Positions 59,818-64,000 of a stretch of DNA of 64,000 nt are shown one piece after another. Both the position numbers and the translations under genes were made by a program. Numbering within the stretch: position 1 is the stretch's first letter; the number at the start of each line of letters is the position of its first letter. The notes beneath the pieces are model-generated. The model worked only from the letters and a program-made list of their open reading frames with translations. It was not told the origin of the DNA and did not search any database. The stretch is from NCBI GenBank assembly GCA_042408215.1, contig JAYFMW010000028.1:160001-224000 (forward strand), read 5' to 3'. The DNA is from Microcoleus sp. GTDB lineage: Bacteria; Cyanobacteriota; Cyanobacteriia; Cyanobacteriales; Microcoleaceae.

Positions 59818-60882
59818 CTATAATATCGAACTCAACACCACCTCATTAGCAACAATCCAATCATAAACATCTTGCAAAGCAGCTTCCGGGCCGATCGCAG
59901 GTTGCCATCCAGTGCGCTCCATCACCCTAGAAGCATCAGTAATAAAAATCGGAATATCCCCCGCACGTTCCTCCAAAACAGGATGAATCGGAATCGATTT
60001 ACCCGTAATTTTTTGGCACAAATCAGTTGTTTCAACTAACGAAAGACTGTTGCTAAAACCGCCGCCAACATTAAATACTTCACCGTCAAATTCAGCAAAG
60101 TTTTCTAACTGATAATTAACTAACCTCAACAAGTCTTCAACGTGTAGTAAATCCCTAACTTGCTTGCCGCTGCCGCCAAAACCGATATAATTCAGTGACT
60201 TTTGAAAATAGTGCGCCGCCACCCACAAACCGCAAACTCCCTGATCGACTTTACCCATTTGCCAAGCACCTGTAATTAACCCGCAGCGGTTGATAATTGC
60301 TGGCACATTGTACGCTTCCCTGTATTCCTCAATCAGCAATTCCGAAGCTAATTTAGTTGCTCCGTAAAGTGAACGATGTCCTTTGAGAGGGAAGTCTTCA
60401 GAAATGCCTAATTCTGATATTCCAGGTATAGTTTGATTTGGGGCGATCGCAAATCGTGTCGGCAATTCCAATAACTTGATAGACTTGACAGTGGCGATCG
60501 GATAAACTCGACTCGTAGACAAAAACAACAAACTCGCACCAGTTTGTCTCGCCAACTCCAAAACATTCACAGTACCCAGTAAATTCGTCTGCAAAACATA
60601 CTGAGGTGAACTAAAACCCGCCAGCACAGAAGGTTCCGCAGCACAATCGATAATGCAGTCAACATTCAGCGCAACGGGATCTAAATCTGCCGCTGTGCGA
60701 ATATCTCCATAAACAAACTGAATCCCGGAACTTTTAAGCCGAGGTAAATTCAATTCCGAACCCCGGCGGCGCAGGTTATCCAAACAAATTATCTGCAATT
60801 CCGGGTGAAGTTTCTTGAGGCCAATTGCCAAACAACTACCAATGAAACCCGCACCACCAACAATCAAAATTCTTTCAATCAT
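59818..60882 (-). CDS. NAD-dependent epimerase/dehydratase (CDP-paratose 2-epimerase-like)
   Basis: GGAGFIG, DNL.R.GS..N, YGATK, GKVDQG and GKQVRDLLH motifs. Confidence 0.85.
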   Translation of the reverse strand: MIERILIVGGAGFIGSCLAIGLKKLHPELQIICLDNLRRRGSELNLPRLKSSGIQFVYGDIRTAADLDPVALNVDCIIDCAAEPSVLAGFSSPQYVLQTNLLGTVNVLELARQTGASLLFLSTSRVYPIATVKSIKLLELPTRFAIAPNQTIPGISELGISEDFPLKGHRSLYGATKLASELLIEEYREAYNVPAIINRCGLITGAWQMGKVDQGVCGLWVAAHYFQKSLNYIGFGGSGKQVRDLLHVEDLLRLVNYQLENFAEFDGEVFNVGGGFSNSLSLVETTDLCQKITGKSIPIHPVLEERAGDIPIFITDASRVMERTGWQPAIGPEAALQDVYDWIVANEVVLSSIL

Positions 60883-60922
60883 GCGCTTTATAAAATTTCC
60901 TTCGTAGTCAGGACTTTAGTCC

Positions 60923-61132
60923 CATTGGTGTCAACTTAACGTCAAACGTAGTATAGCAGTCTGCTGTCTGACGATGAGGCCTCGATCCCCCCTAACCCCC
61001 CTTAGTAAGGGGGGGACAAGAGTCTACTCAAAGTCACCCCCTACTCCCCTTATTAAGGGGGATTTAGGGGGATCTAGACTTTGCCTAAAAGCGACATTTA
61101 TTATGGGTTTCAGTCTTAAGTTGACACTAATG
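60923..61132. mobile_element. MITE family A, copy 4, with a 9 bp target-site duplication
   Basis: CTTTAGTCC|CATTGGTGTCAACTTAA...TTAAGTTGACACTAATG|CTTTAGTCC. Confidence 0.9.
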
Positions 61133-61162
61133 CTTTAGTCCTTATTCTTTCAATCATGCGCT

Positions 61163-61934
61163 TTATAAAATTTCCTTCGTAGTCAGGACTTTAGTCCTTA
61201 ATTCACTGCGATGATAATCGCCGCGAGAGAGATGTTTTTCCAGCCAGACATACAATACAATAAACAAATACCGGCTTCCCATCTCTTTAATTTTCAGCTT
61301 GGAAATACCAGCAGTCCGATTGTACCACCTTAGAGGAATCACATCATAGGAAAAACCCCTAACAATTGCTTTGAGAGGCAAGTTCGACAGTTAAATTAAA
61401 GTGATGGCTCAAAATCGGCTGCACTCCATCAATCACTTCTTTGCGATAAATCTTAAAAGCATTGGTGACATCGTTGTAACGCAATCCGAAAATACTTTTG
61501 ACAAACCAATTTGCCAAGCGGTTAATTGCTAGTTTGTGAATTGGATAGTCAACGACAAAGCCGCCTTTGATAAATCGGGAACCAAAAACGCAGTCATATC
61601 CTGCTTGTAACTGGCGATATCCTGCTACCAAATCCATCGGATCGTCGGAAGCATCCGCCATCACAATGGCGACAGCATCGCCTTCAAATTCTGCCAATCC
61701 CCGGCGCACAGCAAATCCGAAACCGTTGGGTGGTTGATTGTTGATGTATCTAACTGTGGGAAAAGTCTCTGATAATTCTTGGCAAATATTCAGAGTGCGA
61801 TCGACACTATTGTCATTCACAATCAGAATTTCGTGCTCAATGGCTTCTAAATCGAGCATATTGGCGATCGCCCGCACAGTACCTTCCAAACAGCCCTCTT
61901 CGTTGTGAGCTGGTATCACTACAGAAATCTTCAC
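61163..61934 (-). pseudogene. Glycosyltransferase family 2 (DPM1-like), split by a +1 frameshift near 61382
   Basis: VVIPAHNEE, VNDNS.D, MADASD, GSRF and DVTNAFK motifs. Deleting one base in GAACTTGCCTCTC restores HHFNLTVELPLKAIVRG. Could be a sequencing error. Confidence 0.75.
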
Positions 61935-63661
61935 TCCTCATCCTCCACTGTTACCCTAGCGCCGCCGCGCAACTTAACAAATTGGTTGTCCACAGGATTA
62001 TACACCCAAGCTTTTATTTCAGTTTGGGCGATCGGCAAATTCTTCGCCGAAAAATCAACAGCCCACCTTGCATTATTGTAAACCTGAGACTTCAAAGTCT
62101 TAGCAATGTCACCACTGTCTAAATTCACATAAGCGTTAGCAAAAAAAGATTTTTTGTCCCCGACAGATAGCAGTATAATATTAGGCTGTGGCAAAGTTTC
62201 CGGTAACACAGCCCATCCCGTAGCTTTTCTAGCATTATTTGGGTTAATTGTCAAGGATTTATCGACAATTTGTAGTTCATCAAAATAGCCGTAAACTTTC
62301 CCAGGATTAGCAACAAATTCTACATTTTTCGCCAACTTTCGCCAACCTATTTTATCAATAATTAGCGCCCCTTCTCTCACCAGCCAAGTTTTTTTGCTCA
62401 GCACCCTCAAACAGCTTTGCGGCGAAGTCTTGAAAAAATCCGACGGTTCCAGATAGTTAATCAACTCCAAACAATCTTTGCCACCTTGTTTGTAAGGAAG
62501 TGCAGCTTGAGATTGGGCTATAGCCTGTCCAGAGTTAACAATAATTATCCCAATTAACAACCCACATAACACCCGATAAACTAATTTGTAGTTGCGATTT
62601 ATCGCCGCAATCTTTCCTCTAACAAACAATTGCCCAAGCTGAACCAAAGCAATTAGCAACAAAATCGAATTAGTCGTATATCGCGACGATTCGATAGCCT
62701 GAATTGCCCCAAATTGCGCCCTCCCAGCCGTAATAAACAGAGCCGATAACACTGCAAACAAACCTATGGACAGCCAAGGTATAGCCTCGTGATGCTCATT
62801 CATCTTTCTTCCAAAGTGGAATGCCAAAAATAAGAAAGTTGCAAATATTGCCAATCCAACTAATGCGGAAATTCCAGGCGATCGCACAATTGGCGAACCC
62901 AACAAACTCAAAAAGTAATCAATTACCACAAGGGGCTTATTCAGCAATAAAATAATACTTGTTTTCCGACTGGGATGATAATCTATTGAGTAAACAGCAC
63001 AAGTTGCCACAAACAGCAACATCCATACAATAAGTCTTTTTCTTTTCTGTGCCACATTTCCTTCTAAAGCCACCACAGCCGGAATCGCAGCCAACCAAGA
63101 CAGCAACCCTTGAGCCAGGGAAAAACTCGCAATAAAGCAGAAGACAGCAGCAATAGACATTCTAATATCAGGCAATAATTTGTGATTTGAAACCAGCGCA
63201 TAAACAGCAGCTACAAAACACAAATTGACTAAAAACCAAGCCAATTGAAATCCCCACAGCCAGTTTTCATGCTGAACCAGGGAACACAGCAAAATACAAG
63301 TTAAAATATTAGCTAAATGCCACAAATCATCGCCGACATTCTTAAATTGCATCGAGGCTAACTTGTAAGTAGCAATAAAAGTGATGACAGCCAAACCAAT
63401 GCTGAGACACAACTGATAATTAATATTCCATCGGGAAACAAAAGCCAGAACCGCAATAATGATTTTTGGGAACACTATCCGGTGGTTGCTATGCAAAGCC
63501 CAAAAATCGTTAAAAGTTACATTTCCCGCAGCTATTTTTTCAAAAAGACTAGCTAACCTCCACTCGTCATCGATGGGAACGTTAACGCTAAAATTCGCGA
63601 CAAATCCGATTAACAAGACGACAGGAATTAGATATAGAGTAAATAATAGGATTTTTTTCAT
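61931..63661 (-). CDS. Polytopic membrane protein, probable GT-C glycosyltransferase
   Basis: NVP.DDEW...HSNHRIVFPK, ENWLWGFQ, GR..FG..QA..SSRY and C-terminal GYFD..GW. Confidence 0.65.
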   Translation of the reverse strand: MKKILLFTLYLIPVVLLIGFVANFSVNVPIDDEWRLASLFEKIAAGNVTFNDFWALHSNHRIVFPKIIIAVLAFVSRWNINYQLCLSIGLAVITFIATYKLASMQFKNVGDDLWHLANILTCILLCSLVQHENWLWGFQLAWFLVNLCFVAAVYALVSNHKLLPDIRMSIAAVFCFIASFSLAQGLLSWLAAIPAVVALEGNVAQKRKRLIVWMLLFVATCAVYSIDYHPSRKTSIILLLNKPLVVIDYFLSLLGSPIVRSPGISALVGLAIFATFLFLAFHFGRKMNEHHEAIPWLSIGLFAVLSALFITAGRAQFGAIQAIESSRYTTNSILLLIALVQLGQLFVRGKIAAINRNYKLVYRVLCGLLIGIIIVNSGQAIAQSQAALPYKQGGKDCLELINYLEPSDFFKTSPQSCLRVLSKKTWLVREGALIIDKIGWRKLAKNVEFVANPGKVYGYFDELQIVDKSLTINPNNARKATGWAVLPETLPQPNIILLSVGDKKSFFANAYVNLDSGDIAKTLKSQVYNNARWAVDFSAKNLPIAQTEIKAWVYNPVDNQFVKLRGGARVTVEDEE

Positions 63662-63685
63662 GAATGTGCGATCGACAGAATAGCC

Positions 63686-63795
63686 AGATCCCCCCTAACC
63701 CCCATAGCCAGATCCCCCCTAACCCCCCGCGAGTTCGGGGGGGAAAAGAGGTATTCTCAAAGTCCCCCTTATTAAGGGGGATTTAGGGGGATCGA
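63686..63795. repeat. Free copy of the GATCCCCC...CCCCCTT.TTAAGGGGG...GGGGGATC module found inside MITE A, without TIRs
   Basis: CTCAAAGTCCCCCTTATTAAGGGGGATTTAGGGGGATC matches the interior of the copies at 16866 and 60923. Confidence 0.75.
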
Positions 63796-63813
63796 GATTC
63801 GCCTCGACTCAAC

Positions 63814-64000
63814 CTACTTAACAGTCTTGAACGTATCCAATTTGCCAGTAAACCGATTGATAAACATCTGCAAAACAGTCCGCTTACCGATATTGATATT
63901 AGAACTCACGGACATTCCAGACTGCAAATTAACCTCCAGTTGATTGGGCTTGTTCTTATTCAAAACAAACTTTTGATTCTTGAGCTTAATTGTGGTTTTA
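63814..64000 (-). CDS. 3' end of an HlyD-family type I secretion adaptor (partial)
   Basis: Manual translation ...IKLKNQKF...EVNLQSGMSVSSNINIGKRTVLQMFINRFTGKLDTFKTVK*; L.SGM.V...I..G.RTVL is typical of HlyD C-termini. Confidence 0.75.
   Translation of the reverse strand, partial: KTTIKLKNQKFVLNKNKPNQLEVNLQSGMSVSSNINIGKRTVLQMFINRFTGKLDTFKTVK

Noticed and set aside
1..64000. High density of GCGATCGC
   Set aside because: This is HIP1, a well-known cyanobacterial genome feature, not a local signal.

Overview
A window from a filamentous cyanobacterium. The very frequent HIP1 octamer GCGATCGC, heptamer STRR tracts and dense short dispersed repeats suggest an Oscillatoriales / Microcoleus-like host (inference). 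The backbone is housekeeping: rsmE, sir, serS, msrA, argB, mreBCD, ssb, pmbA/tldE, scpA, cugP-like, speA, hli, tRNA-Leu(CAA), murA and smc. The left end holds a secreted-protein/LprI cluster and a MazF-type toxin-antitoxin pair. The right end holds a surface-glycosylation cluster. No CRISPR-cas, transposase or prophage gene is present. The most striking signals are non-coding. (1) An orphan HEARO/IscB-type omega-RNA element sits between the apparent original RBS and the ATG(A) start of speA and supplies a replacement RBS. (2) Two further protein-less IS200/IS605-like mini-elements retain tnpB 3' ends; one has IS608-like TTAC/AAAG and GAAT/TCAA ends. (3) A ~210-220 bp MITE family inserts into palindromic repeats and forms nested structures. 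(4) Palindrome-containing units are amplified into spacer-less tandem arrays, one with a 5-unit higher-order period. (5) Repeat-derived peptides occur in frame in several proteins. (6) A ~95 bp module is shared by the upstream regions of secreted-protein genes. All calls were made by eye from the sequence and the ORF track; no searches were run.
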